A stretch of 63,241 nucleotides of DNA, counting the filler. It is 7 parts of 7 records of this genome, joined end to end, with 100 filler letters (N's around TTAATTAATTAA, not from the genome) between each part and the next. Parts side by side here need not be neighbours in the genome. Positions count along the whole stretch, not along the records: positions 1 to 15,107 come from SRR20825010_6888; positions 15,208 to 26,434 come from SRR20825010_6889; 5 more parts are not named here. One strand, written 5' to 3'. The translations under genes were made by a program, and so were the position numbers. Below the pieces are notes generated by a model, which saw nothing but the letters and a program-made list of their open reading frames with translations, did no database searches and had not been told where the DNA came from. Below, one piece after another: positions 9,885 to 19,828 of the stretch. The first letter of the stretch is position 1. The number at the start of each line of letters is the position of its first letter.

Positions 9885-11261
9885 TTAGACCGGCACATGA
9901 ATTACAGCACGCAGCCCGCCCATGGGGCTACGGGACAGATGTATGTCGCCACCGTGCCCGCGAGCGATGTCGCGTGCAATGGCAAGCCCAAGGCCGGTGC
10001 CGCCCTCGTCGAGGTTACGCGCATCGTCGAGCCTGTAAAACGGACGAAAAACTTCTTCAAGTTGTTCGTCGGGAATACCCTCGCCATTGTCATCAACAAT
10101 AATATCTATGTCACTTTCGTCGCGGAAGGCCGTGACCCAGACCTGATCTGCATATTTGCCTGCATTGTCCACAATGTTAGTCAGGCAGCGTTTAAACGCA
10201 TTGCGCCGGAGTGGAAGTGTGAGTTCACCATGGATTTCCAGGGTGACATTCTGGTTCTTCCTTTGTGCGTCAAAGCGGATTTCGTCCAGCAGGGAGGCGA
10301 GGTCGGTTAATTGCGAGACTTCGCGCGGGTTGCCGCGCACGAAGTCGAGATAGTCCTCCAGCATATGTTCCATCTCGCGCACATCGGCCCGCATTTCCTC
10401 GATTTCGGGCGTGTTCTTCATCATTTCGAGTTCGAGTTTGAAACGCGTGAGGGGTGTGCGCAGATCATGGCTGACACCGGCCAGCATGGCTGTGCGCTGT
10501 TCGATCTGAGCGCGGATGCGTTCGCGCATTTCCATGAAGGCGACGGCGGCTCGGCGGACTTCGGAGGCGCCTTGCGGTTTGAACTTCTCCACGTCACGCC
10601 CCATGCCGAAATCCTCGGCGGCTTCCGCCAATCGCTCGATGGGCCGGATCTGGTTTCGCAGGAATAGCAGCGCGACGATGATCAGCACGATGGACGCGGC
10701 AACCATCCAGACAATGAAGATGTGGGAATTGGCAGCATAGACATGGCTGCGCAAAGGCAGGGCCCGCATGACACCGCCATCATAGGCGATGCGGATATCG
10801 ACATAATCGTCATAGCGCGCGGTATCGAGCCAGAAGGGGCGGGAAATACGCAGGCGGATTTCATCGGCTAGCGAGCGGTCGAGCAGGCCTTCCGAGCCTG
10901 TTGAGGCTTCTGGTAGAACTTCGCCCGGCAGAAATGCAACGGACATTGAAAGATACTGGCTGGCTTGCGATGCGATGCGGGATGCTGTGTCCGGTGTGGG
11001 GTTGTTTTCATATTCCGACAGCAACATGGCAATGTCGGCGACAGCGCTTTGCGACAGCGCTTCTGTCACCATCTGCCAGTGACGCTCCATGAACACATAG
11101 GTGACAAATGCCTGCAGCATAACCATCGGCAGGACAATGATCATGAGCGAGCGCCAATAGAGCCCCGTCGGCAGGATGCGTTTCATCAACATGAAGGGAC
11201 GGAGCGGCATTTCGTCTTTCCAGAAGTCGGGCCTGCTTGCGGGCAAGCCGACGGCAATCAA
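9885..11261 (-). CDS. EnvZ-like sensor histidine kinase (true start may be ATG at 11210)
   Basis: Two TM segments, HAMP domain, SHDLRTPL H-box, DDNGEG and GTGLGL ATPase motifs. Confidence 0.93.
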   Translation of the reverse strand: MIAVGLPASRPDFWKDEMPLRPFMLMKRILPTGLYWRSLMIIVLPMVMLQAFVTYVFMERHWQMVTEALSQSAVADIAMLLSEYENNPTPDTASRIASQASQYLSMSVAFLPGEVLPEASTGSEGLLDRSLADEIRLRISRPFWLDTARYDDYVDIRIAYDGGVMRALPLRSHVYAANSHIFIVWMVAASIVLIIVALLFLRNQIRPIERLAEAAEDFGMGRDVEKFKPQGASEVRRAAVAFMEMRERIRAQIEQRTAMLAGVSHDLRTPLTRFKLELEMMKNTPEIEEMRADVREMEHMLEDYLDFVRGNPREVSQLTDLASLLDEIRFDAQRKNQNVTLEIHGELTLPLRRNAFKRCLTNIVDNAGKYADQVWVTAFRDESDIDIIVDDNGEGIPDEQLEEVFRPFYRLDDARNLDEGGTGLGLAIARDIARGHGGDIHLSRSPMGGLRAVIHVPV

Positions 11262-11275
11262 TACAAATGATAGTT

Positions 11276-11992
11276 TCAGTCGGGTATCAAAATATAGCCT
11301 TCGCCGCGCACGGTTTGCAGATAGAGCGGATTGCGGGGGTCGATCTCTATTTTGCGACGCAGGCGGTTGATCTGGACGTCGATGGAGCGTTCGGCTGCCT
11401 CATTGTCGCAAAGGTCGAGGCGGGACAGAGCCTGACCCGCATGTGTGGCGAAAATGCGCATGAGCTGCACTTCGCGTGTTGTCAGGCGGATGACTTCCGC
11501 ACCACGACGCAATTCGCCGCGCGCCGTGTTGAACTGTATGTCGCCGAGCGAGATGTCTTCCTCGCGTTCGTTTTGTACTTTCGCACGGCGCAGGATTGTG
11601 GCGATGCGCAGTAATAATTCGCGCGGTTCGAAAGGTTTGCCCAGATAGTCGTCCGCGCCGCGCTCCAGACCGGCAATGCGGTCATCCGTTTCAGTGCGCG
11701 CGGTGAGCATAAGAATGGGAACGGCAGATTCACGACGCAGCGATGATGTGAGATCAAGTCCACTTTCGCCCGGCATCATGACATCGACTACCAGCAGATC
11801 GAAACTGATGCTGGCAAGTTTAGCGCGTGCCTCGGCGGCATTTTCTGCGGTGGTGATGCGATAGCCGTTTTCGGTGAGGTAGCGGCGAATGAGTTCGCGG
11901 ATGCGTCTGTCGTCATCGACAACAAGAATATGGGCGGCATCATCCTGCGGTAGGGCAGGTGACAGGTCGACGGTTTCGCTCGCAGCGCTCAT
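11276..11992 (-). CDS. OmpR-family response regulator (PetR-like)
   Basis: ILVVDDD, DVMMPG, GADDYLGKPF, winged-helix RSIDVQINRLRRKIE. Confidence 0.94.
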   Translation of the reverse strand: MSAASETVDLSPALPQDDAAHILVVDDDRRIRELIRRYLTENGYRITTAENAAEARAKLASISFDLLVVDVMMPGESGLDLTSSLRRESAVPILMLTARTETDDRIAGLERGADDYLGKPFEPRELLLRIATILRRAKVQNEREEDISLGDIQFNTARGELRRGAEVIRLTTREVQLMRIFATHAGQALSRLDLCDNEAAERSIDVQINRLRRKIEIDPRNPLYLQTVRGEGYILIPD

Positions 11993-12005
11993 GTTGCGTC
12001 CCTCC

Positions 12006-12542
12006 CTATTTTTTGTCTTTCCGGATCAGATGTTCGACTTCTTTACGGTTTTCGTCATTCAGTAGCGCGAACATGACTGACCGCCACATAGTCTCGGCGC
12101 CTTCGCCTGCCGCTTCCAGTGCTTTGCGCACACGTTCGCGCTGAGGGGCGACGAGACGGCGCAGAAGTTCTGCGCCATCTTCGGTCAGATAGAGGCGGCG
12201 CTGGCGGCGATCCTTCTCGCCGGTTTTCTGTTCGACAAAGCCACGTTCGATCAACTGGCGTAGTACACGGGCAAGGCTCTGTTTGGTGATCTTCAGGATA
12301 TCCAGCAGTTCAGCGACCGTAATGCCGGGGTGGCGACCCACAAAATGGACCACTCGGTGATGCGCACGGCCAAATTCATAGACAGCCAGAATCGCATCAG
12401 GATCGCTGATGAAGTCCCGATAGCCGAAAAACAGCAGCTCGATTGCTTCGGTCAGATGTTCTTCAGCAGGGGGCAGGGACATGGATGCGGATTCCTTTGG
12501 AACGGAAGCCACTGTTTTGCCTGTGTTTTTTATGCTTGTCAT
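12006..12542 (-). CDS. MarR-family regulator (PetP-like)
   Basis: GRAHHRV, ITKQSLARVL, DRRQRRLYLT motifs; divergent from ilvE. Confidence 0.9.
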   Translation of the reverse strand: MTSIKNTGKTVASVPKESASMSLPPAEEHLTEAIELLFFGYRDFISDPDAILAVYEFGRAHHRVVHFVGRHPGITVAELLDILKITKQSLARVLRQLIERGFVEQKTGEKDRRQRRLYLTEDGAELLRRLVAPQRERVRKALEAAGEGAETMWRSVMFALLNDENRKEVEHLIRKDKK

Positions 12543-12804
12543 GTATTTATGTCAGCCTTGTTGACATATTTTTTTCGGGGTGCTAGAAAATGGTTACCGC
12601 CTAAAGACAATAAACGAAACTGGGCCGGTTGAATCTTCGAAATTCTAACTGTTTTCGTCGAGCTTCGATCGGGGCAAAGTGGCGATGTACGTCAAGGTAG
12701 GAAGCGGGCTCTGAGAGAGCCTTCCCGGTGGCGGGCGCAGCAGCGTCTGTTCGGCGGGGTGGAAATGGGTGCCGTTGTGGCGCACCCCCCAAAGGATACT
12801 TGAG

Positions 12805-13701
12805 ATGGCAGACATTCCTTTCGACAAGCGTGATGGATTCATCTGGTTCAACGGCGAGTTGGTGCCGTGGGCGGACGCCAAGGTGCATGTGCTGACGCAT
12901 GGTCTGCATTATGCCAGCAGCGTTTTTGAAGGTTGCCGTGCATATGGCGGCGAGATTTTCAAGTTGCAGGAACATTCCGAGCGTCTGGTGAACTCGGCCA
13001 AGATCATGGGCTTCGAGATCCCCTATTCGGTGGAAGAAATCAACGAGGCTTGCCGCGCCGCTCTGGCCGCACAAAAGCTGGTTGATGGTTATGTGCGACC
13101 TGTCGCGTGGCGCGGTAGCGAAATGATGGGTGTGTCGGCGCAGAATAATAAGATCAACTTTGCTGTGGCTGCTTGGGAATGGCCTTCCTATTTCGATATT
13201 GAGCAGCGCAAGAAGGGTATCCGTCTCGGCATGGCTAAGTACAAGCGTCCTTCGCCCGAGACAGCGCCTTCGCATGCCAAGGCCGCAGGCCTCTACATGA
13301 TCTGCACGATCTCCAAACATGCGGCCGAGAATGAAGGCTATGCCGATGCGCTGATGCTGGATTATCGCGGCTACGTGGCGGAATCGACCGGTGCCAATAT
13401 CTTTCTCGTGAAAGATGGCGTCATCCACACGCCGACGCCTGATTGCTTTCTCAATGGCATCACGCGTCAGACTGTTATCGGTCTTGCAAAAAAGCGCGGC
13501 TATGAAATTGTCGAGCGCCATATCATGCCGGAAGAACTGGGAGACTTTTCTGAAGTCTTTATCACTGGCTCTGCCGCAGAGGTGACACCGGTCGGCGAGA
13601 TCGGTCCATATCGCTTCACACCGGGCGAGATCAGCATGAACCTGTTTGAAGACTATATGGCTGAAGTGCGCCCTAAAGTGTCGGCTAAAGCCTCTGCCTG
13701 A
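12805..13701 (+). CDS. ilvE: Branched-chain amino acid aminotransferase
   Basis: HGLHYASSVFEG, AKAAGLY, ESTGANIF, LNGITR; ATG at 12805 follows AAGGA. Confidence 0.96.
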   Translation: MADIPFDKRDGFIWFNGELVPWADAKVHVLTHGLHYASSVFEGCRAYGGEIFKLQEHSERLVNSAKIMGFEIPYSVEEINEACRAALAAQKLVDGYVRPVAWRGSEMMGVSAQNNKINFAVAAWEWPSYFDIEQRKKGIRLGMAKYKRPSPETAPSHAKAAGLYMICTISKHAAENEGYADALMLDYRGYVAESTGANIFLVKDGVIHTPTPDCFLNGITRQTVIGLAKKRGYEIVERHIMPEELGDFSEVFITGSAAEVTPVGEIGPYRFTPGEISMNLFEDYMAEVRPKVSAKASA

Positions 13702-13720
13702 TATTTGCGGATTTGAATTG

Positions 13721-13752
13721 AAAAGGGCGGTCCCGACGGACCGCCCTTTTTG
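13721..13752. terminator. Bidirectional intrinsic terminator between ilvE and copB
   Basis: AAAAGGGCGGTCC-CGAC-GGACCGCCCTTTT. Confidence 0.88.
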
Positions 13753-13771
13753 TTTGTCTGAAATCTGAATG

Positions 13772-14488
13772 TCAGAAGGCGAGGCGAAGGCCGACGCGCA
13801 GCGTCAGGTCGGCGGGGTCTTCGCCCTTATTGCGTTTGATATGCGCGGTGTTGCCAGTCGCGGTTTCGTAGACAAGATCGACATAGGGCGCGAATTTGCG
13901 TGTGATCTCGTAACGCAGTTGGGTGCCAAGCTCGATTTTCGAAACGCCAGATCCGATATCGAGTTCGGGAACGTCGGTAGCGTAAACATCCATCTTTAAA
14001 TGCGGCTCAAGTATGAGGCGTTGTGTGATGGCCAGATCGATTGTCTGCTCAACTCGTGCACTGATATCGCCACGCGTGGAGACAAAGGCATGCAGATCGG
14101 TTTCGATGAATTGAGGCAACATGCCTTGAAACCCGAAAGCCAATGCGCTTGTTGGGCGCGGATCGAAATCCTGTCGGATGCCGATTTGCATGTCCCAGAA
14201 GTCAGAGATGTTACGGCTCCATAAGCCCCAGAGTTCCCAGCGCTCGACATGGCCATTTTGCATTTCGCCCTCCGTTTTGATGACGAGCTTGTCCCTGTCG
14301 CCACCGATCCAGCCGTGACCCTCCCAGTTCACAAGGCAGCCCTTGTCATTTCTGGTTCCGTCCACTTGCAGCCGGAAGGCGTGGAAGATGGGGTTGTGCA
14401 TTTGGGCTGACCATGCCGGTGTGGCTGTCATCAAGGCGCAAGCGGCGAGAAGACTGTGACAGGGTTTTATGCGGGAAATGATTTTCAT
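13772..14488 (-). CDS. copB: Copper resistance protein B (outer membrane)
   Basis: Signal peptide, GWIGGDRDKL, LRYEITRKFAPYV, terminal Phe; ATGA overlap with the copA stop. Confidence 0.9.
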   Translation of the reverse strand: MKIISRIKPCHSLLAACALMTATPAWSAQMHNPIFHAFRLQVDGTRNDKGCLVNWEGHGWIGGDRDKLVIKTEGEMQNGHVERWELWGLWSRNISDFWDMQIGIRQDFDPRPTSALAFGFQGMLPQFIETDLHAFVSTRGDISARVEQTIDLAITQRLILEPHLKMDVYATDVPELDIGSGVSKIELGTQLRYEITRKFAPYVDLVYETATGNTAHIKRNKGEDPADLTLRVGLRLAF

Positions 14489-15107
14489 TGTATGGCCTCT
14501 GCTTTCAGTCGGGCGACAGTGACCTTGCGCATCATGCCGCTTTCCATGTGATAGAGCAGGTGGCAATGGAAGGCCCATTCACCGGCTTCATCGGCGGTCA
14601 GCATCACCGAATAGCTTTGCCCCGGCGGCACGCTGACCGTGTGCTTATTGGGCAGCCGGTCGGCGGGCTGGCCGTTCACCAGCTGCACGAACATGCCATG
14701 TAGATGCATCGGATGGGCCATCATGGTCTTGTTGACGAATGTGAGCTTGACCCGCTCGCCATAGGCGAGATTGATCACATCAGCCTCGTCATATTTCTTT
14801 CCATTCATGGTCCAGATATAGCGTTCCATCGTGCCGCCCAGATCGATCCTGATTTCGCGCCCCTCTTTGCGCAGGTCCTTCTGTCTGGTCAGTGATTTAA
14901 GATCCGCATAGGACAAGACTTTGACGGAGGCCGGTGCGCCGGATGCCCAACCCATCGGCTGGCCGGTTGCCTCTTTCGCGGGCATCGCCATCTTGTGCAT
15001 GGCGCCCATATCCATCTTGCTGTGGTCCATAGGCTTCATGTCCATCTTGGTATGGTCCATGCCTTCCATGTGTCCCATGCTCATATGGTCCATGCCCATA
15101 TCGCTCA
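14485..15107 (-). CDS. copA: CopA-family multicopper oxidase, C-terminal part (truncated by contig end)
   Basis: HPMHLHG and HCHLLYHM copper-binding motifs; Met/His-rich MDHxKMD repeats. Confidence 0.93.
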
Positions 15108-15207
15108 NNNNNNNNNNNNNNNNNNNNNNNNNNNNNNNNNNNNNNNNNNNNTTAATTAATTAANNNNNNNNNNNNNNNNNNNNNNNNNNNNNNNNNNNNN
15201 NNNNNNN
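15108..15207. other. Artificial contig linker
   Basis: N44-TTAATTAATTAA-N44 (stops in all frames); GC content changes abruptly across it. Confidence 0.98.
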
Positions 15208-15208
15208 T

Positions 15209-17140
15209 GCTTTTACCGATGATGCCTATGGGTTATGGAATACAGACGGGTATCGCCTTGACACTGAAAAGGATGGAAACGCCATAGGGAAAGACAAAAG
15301 TTTTGATGGAGGTTCTGTTAAATTTGGAGCAAATTACGGCTTTTCGCTAGGTGAAAAAGGTGGTTATGCAAATTTTACAACCGAATATATCAATAAAAAC
15401 AAAACATTACGCCCTACGTTCGATTTTAGAAAAGGCTTTGGCGAAGCAGCAATTGAAGGCTTCAACTTAATGGGAAATGTTGGAATCCCAGTTAACGAAA
15501 ACACCGAAGTCTATGCTTTTGGAGGAAGAAACTACAGAGATACAGATGCCTACGCTTTTACTAGAAATGGAGGAAATAGAGTTGTTGAATCAATTTTTCC
15601 AAATGGCTACACGCCACGTATTACTTCAATCATTACAGATAATTCAGTTGTTGCTGGTGTTAAAACCAAAACAGCTTCTGGATGGAATGTAGACATAAGT
15701 AATGCATACGGAATTAATAATTTCCACTACTATATTAAAGGAACCTTAAACGCTTCATTAGTAGATCTTTCACCAACCGAATTTGACGCTGGCGGACATA
15801 GCCTTTCGCAAAACACTGTAAACCTAGATTTTTCGAAATACTATGAAGATGTTTTAAGTGGTATGAACTTAGCATTTGGCGCGGAATACAGAACTGAAAA
15901 CTTTATAATTTTTGCAGGTGAAGAAGGTTCCTATGCAACATACGATGTTAATGGTGTGCCCGTAAACGCAAATACTCCTGAAGAAAATATTGTAATTTAT
16001 AGAGACTCAGACGGAAATCCTATTTTAGATGATGGTAACACGCAAATAAGACCCGGCGGATCTCAAGGTTTTCCAGGATATGGCCCTGCAAACGAGGTAG
16101 ACAGAAGCCGATCAAACATTTCTGTATATGCAGATGGCGAGCTAGATATTAGTGAAGCCTTTTTAGTAAGTGCTGCTGCTCGTTTTGAAAATTACAGCGA
16201 TTTTGGAAGCACCCTAAATGGAAAACTAGCAATGCGCTACAAAGCAACCGATAATATTAACGTTAGAGGTTCCGTAAGTACAGGTTTTAGAGCTCCGTCA
16301 CTGGCGCAGATATATTATAATTTGCGTTTCACCAATTTTATTGGCGGTGTAGCTAGCGATCAATTATTATCACCAAATAACAGCCCGGTTACTGCTGCAT
16401 TCGGAATTGGCGCTTTAAAAGAAGAAGTATCTACAAACGCAAGTTTTGGTTTTACCACAAATTTCTCAAAATTTACTGCAACCGCAGATCTGTACTATAT
16501 AGATGTAAAAGACAGAATTGTTTTAACAGGGAATTTTCCTGCCCCACAGATTGAAAATGTAGATTCTGCACAGTTTTTTGCAAATGGTGTAGACACTGAA
16601 ACCACTGGTCTTGATATCGTTTTAACCTATAAGGAAGATTTCAATGATAATAGTATTGGGGTTTCACTTTTGGGGAATTTCAACAATATGGTTATTAAAG
16701 AGGTGAAAAACGGTAATCTGGACGAACAAACATTTTTTGGTGAACGCGATAAAGCCTTTTTATTGGCTTCCGCTCCAGAAAGTAAATTGGTTGGTAATCT
16801 TACCTATGAAAGAAAATGGTTTAGCACAGGTTTTACTGTAACTCGATTTAGTGAAGTTGCACTTCTAGATTTTCAAATGTTTGAAGATCCTGCAGATTAT
16901 GGAGGATTCGAAAACCAAGTGATTGCTGCTACCGATACTTATACCGCAAAATATGTTACAGATTTAAATTTAGGTTTTGAGCTTTCAGAAAACTTAAAAT
17001 TAAATGTTGGTTCAAACAACTTATTCAATGTTTATCCAGACCAACAAGACGACTGGACAGAAGGTGGTGGCTATTGGGATTCTGTACAAATGGGCTTTGG
17101 CGGATCCTTCTATTATGCACGAATAAATTATAATTTTTAA
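15209..17140 (+). CDS. TonB-dependent receptor, 5'-truncated
   Basis: Frame open from the contig edge; RFENYSDFG, STGFRAPSL, NNLFNVYP motifs; C-terminal aromatic residue (YNF). Confidence 0.92.
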   Translation, partial: AFTDDAYGLWNTDGYRLDTEKDGNAIGKDKSFDGGSVKFGANYGFSLGEKGGYANFTTEYINKNKTLRPTFDFRKGFGEAAIEGFNLMGNVGIPVNENTEVYAFGGRNYRDTDAYAFTRNGGNRVVESIFPNGYTPRITSIITDNSVVAGVKTKTASGWNVDISNAYGINNFHYYIKGTLNASLVDLSPTEFDAGGHSLSQNTVNLDFSKYYEDVLSGMNLAFGAEYRTENFIIFAGEEGSYATYDVNGVPVNANTPEENIVIYRDSDGNPILDDGNTQIRPGGSQGFPGYGPANEVDRSRSNISVYADGELDISEAFLVSAAARFENYSDFGSTLNGKLAMRYKATDNINVRGSVSTGFRAPSLAQIYYNLRFTNFIGGVASDQLLSPNNSPVTAAFGIGALKEEVSTNASFGFTTNFSKFTATADLYYIDVKDRIVLTGNFPAPQIENVDSAQFFANGVDTETTGLDIVLTYKEDFNDNSIGVSLLGNFNNMVIKEVKNGNLDEQTFFGERDKAFLLASAPESKLVGNLTYERKWFSTGFTVTRFSEVALLDFQMFEDPADYGGFENQVIAATDTYTAKYVTDLNLGFELSENLKLNVGSNNLFNVYPDQQDDWTEGGGYWDSVQMGFGGSFYYARINYNF

Positions 17141-17151
17141 AAAGTGAATTC

Positions 17152-17198
17152 ATAAAAAAACCCTCCTTCAAAAAATGTTTTGTAGGAGGGTTTTTTAT
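17152..17198. terminator. Bidirectional terminator
   Basis: AAAAAAACCCTCCT...AGGAGGGTTTTTT between convergent genes. Confidence 0.85.
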
Positions 17199-17217
17199 TT
17201 GAAGTTTTTAATATACA

Positions 17218-17568
17218 TTAATCCTTATGCATAAACGCCTGTTTACCTAATAACTCTTCATCCGTTTCTACATTATCTTCATCGGGCACGCAACAATCTA
17301 CAGGACATACTGCCGCACATTGTGGCTCCTCATGAAAGCCTTTGCATTCGGTACATTTATCTGCTACTATATAATAAATTTCGTCACTTACAGGCTCTTG
17401 TGCTTCATTTGCATCTACTGCTTTTCCGTTTGACAACACAACATTTCCATCTAAATCGGTACCATCGGCATAACGCCAATCATCAGCACCTTCATAAATA
17501 GCAGTGTTTGGGCATTCAGGTTCACATGCGCCGCAGTTTATACATTCATCGGTTATAATAATTGCCAT
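17218..17568 (-). CDS. 4Fe-4S dicluster ferredoxin (YfhL-like)
   Basis: [12 protein letters not shown] and CTEC...CAAVCP motifs. Confidence 0.93.
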   Translation of the reverse strand: MAIIITDECINCGACEPECPNTAIYEGADDWRYADGTDLDGNVVLSNGKAVDANEAQEPVSDEIYYIVADKCTECKGFHEEPQCAAVCPVDCCVPDEDNVETDEELLGKQAFMHKD

Positions 17569-17583
17569 AGGTTATACTTTTTC

Positions 17584-17591
17584 TAACTTTG
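17584..17591 (+). promoter_or_regulatory. Bacteroidota sigma-A -7 element
   Basis: TAACTTTG matches TAnnTTTG, about 40 nt before the next ATG. Confidence 0.55.
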
Positions 17592-17631
17592 CGCAAATTT
17601 AATGCCTAGAAAGGGCAACACCAAAATAACT

Positions 17632-18654
17632 ATGCAATTAAAACAAAGAATTAACGCTTTTACCCAATTAGGAAAGTTTCTCCTTGAAATCAATAACGAA
17701 AAAGACACTGAAATCAACTTGGTTTTAAAGCGAGCTGAAAATGAAAACGGTTGGTTTACTCAGGAAAATATAAATTTTGCATTAAATAGTTGGAGTAAAG
17801 CACTTACAGAAACGAACCTACAACACTGGTTTTCAAAGTACTCTTTTACAGAATCGCAACCAAAAACCGTTGCAGTTATTATGGCTGGAAATATTCCGTT
17901 GGTTGGTTTTCATGATTTTCTTTCAGTTTTAATTTCAGGAAATAAAATCTTGGCGAAGCTTTCTTCAAACGATAAAACGTTACTTCCTTTTTTGGCAAGT
18001 CAATTAATAAAAATTGAACCTGAATTCAAAAATTATATTGAATTTACAGAAGGAAAACTCGAAAATTTTGATGCTGTTATCGCCACAGGAAGTAACAATA
18101 CAGCTCGTTATTTTGAATATTATTTTGGAAAATACCCGAATATTATTCGGAAAAACAGAAATTCAGTTGCAGTTTTAACAGGAAATGAAACTAAAGAAGA
18201 GTTAAAAAATCTTGCCGACGATATTTTTAGGTATTTCGGCTTAGGTTGTAGAAATGTTTCAAAATTATATGTTCCTGAAAACTATAATTTTGAAAAGTTT
18301 TTTAAAGCAATGTTTCTTTGGAAGGAAATAATCCACAACCACAAATACATCAATAATTACGATTACAATAAAGCGGTTTATTTAATGGATAGCTTTCCGC
18401 TTTTAGACAACGAATTTATGTTGCTAAAAAAAGATAGCGGCTTCTCCTCGCCTATTTCAGTGGTTTTTCATGAAAACTATACTTCTTTGGAAGCTATTAA
18501 ACAAGAAATTGAACTCCAGTCGGACAACATTCAATGTGTAGTTTCAAAAGCTGGTTTTGCAAATGAAATACCTTTCGGAAAAGCTCAAAACCCACAATTA
18601 TGGGATTATGCCGACGGTGTAGATACGGTTGATTTCTTGTTGAAACTTAAATGA
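17632..18654 (+). CDS. Acyl-CoA reductase (LuxC-like)
   Basis: AGNIPLVG, IATGS, FGLGCRNV motifs. Confidence 0.88.
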   Translation: MQLKQRINAFTQLGKFLLEINNEKDTEINLVLKRAENENGWFTQENINFALNSWSKALTETNLQHWFSKYSFTESQPKTVAVIMAGNIPLVGFHDFLSVLISGNKILAKLSSNDKTLLPFLASQLIKIEPEFKNYIEFTEGKLENFDAVIATGSNNTARYFEYYFGKYPNIIRKNRNSVAVLTGNETKEELKNLADDIFRYFGLGCRNVSKLYVPENYNFEKFFKAMFLWKEIIHNHKYINNYDYNKAVYLMDSFPLLDNEFMLLKKDSGFSSPISVVFHENYTSLEAIKQEIELQSDNIQCVVSKAGFANEIPFGKAQNPQLWDYADGVDTVDFLLKLK

Positions 18655-18723
18655 TAAATTATTTATAATTACTATCGTTTTAGAAGCATAATTCACATCT
18701 TTGTAACATAAAATTCCACAAAA

Positions 18724-19791
18724 ATGAAGAAACATAATTTTAGTGCAGGCCCTTGCATTTTACCACAATCTGTTTTACAAAAAGCTGCTGAAGCGGTATT
18801 AAATTTCAACAATTCAAATCTTTCGCTAATAGAAATTTCTCACCGGAGCAAAGATTTTGTTGAAGTAATGGAAACAGCAAAAAGTTTAGCGCTTGAACAT
18901 TTAGGACTTCAAAATAAAGGCTATCAAGCATTGTTTCTTCAAGGTGGCGCCAGTCTTCAGTTTTTAATGACAGCTTTCAACCTTTTAGAAAATAAAGCAG
19001 CTTATTTAAACACTGGAACTTGGAGCGATAAAGCAATAAAAGAAGCCAAATTATTAGGTGAGGTTGTGGAAGTTGCTTCTTCAAAAAGTGACAATTTTAA
19101 CTTCATCCCTAAAAATTATACAATCCCGAGTGATGCAGATTATTTCCACTGCACCAGTAACAATACTATTTACGGCTCACAAATGCAGGATTTTCCCGAA
19201 ACTAAAATCCCATTGGTTTGTGATATGAGTAGTGATATTTTTTCACGTCAGTTAGATTTTTCAAAGTTTAGCTTAATCTATGCAGGCGCACAAAAAAATA
19301 TGGGCCCTGCGGGAACAACTTTGGTTATTATTAAAGAAGAAATTCTTGGAAAAGTATCGCGCACCATTCCATCTATGCTAAATTATAAAGTGCATATAGA
19401 TAAGGAGAGTATGTTTAATACTCCGGCGGTTTTCCCTGTTTATGTTTCTATGTTAACGCTTCAATGGCTAAAAGATCTAGGTGGAATTTCAGCAATTGAA
19501 AAAATAAACAATCAAAAAGCAGAGCTGCTATACAATGAGATTGATAGAAACCCTTTATTTGAAGGATTTATAGCCAACAAAGAAGACCGTTCAAAAATGA
19601 ATGCGACCTTTAATATTACTAATGACGAACTTAAAGCCAATTTCGACGAACAATTAAAACAGTCTGGAATAAATGGACTTAACGGCCATCGTAGTGTTGG
19701 CGGTTATCGCGCTTCTATGTACAATGCGTTGCCACTTGAAAGTGTGCAAGTTTTGGTATCCATAATGCAAGCGATAGAAAAAGGAGCATAA
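18724..19791 (+). CDS. serC: Phosphoserine aminotransferase
   Basis: NFSAGP, EISHRS, YAGAQKN, GHRSVGGYRAS motifs. Confidence 0.97.
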   Translation: MKKHNFSAGPCILPQSVLQKAAEAVLNFNNSNLSLIEISHRSKDFVEVMETAKSLALEHLGLQNKGYQALFLQGGASLQFLMTAFNLLENKAAYLNTGTWSDKAIKEAKLLGEVVEVASSKSDNFNFIPKNYTIPSDADYFHCTSNNTIYGSQMQDFPETKIPLVCDMSSDIFSRQLDFSKFSLIYAGAQKNMGPAGTTLVIIKEEILGKVSRTIPSMLNYKVHIDKESMFNTPAVFPVYVSMLTLQWLKDLGGISAIEKINNQKAELLYNEIDRNPLFEGFIANKEDRSKMNATFNITNDELKANFDEQLKQSGINGLNGHRSVGGYRASMYNALPLESVQVLVSIMQAIEKGA

Positions 19792-19828
19792 TCAAAATAT
19801 ACTAAATTAACAATCAGTAAACTTTAAG

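Noticed and set aside
15152-15163. TTAATTAATTAA palindrome repeated six times
   Set aside because: Always centred in N runs of fixed length; an assembly spacer, not a biological repeat or CRISPR
17632-18654. LuxC-like gene as evidence of bioluminescence
   Set aside because: No luxA/B/D/E nearby; it sits in an ordinary ferredoxin-serC-serA context
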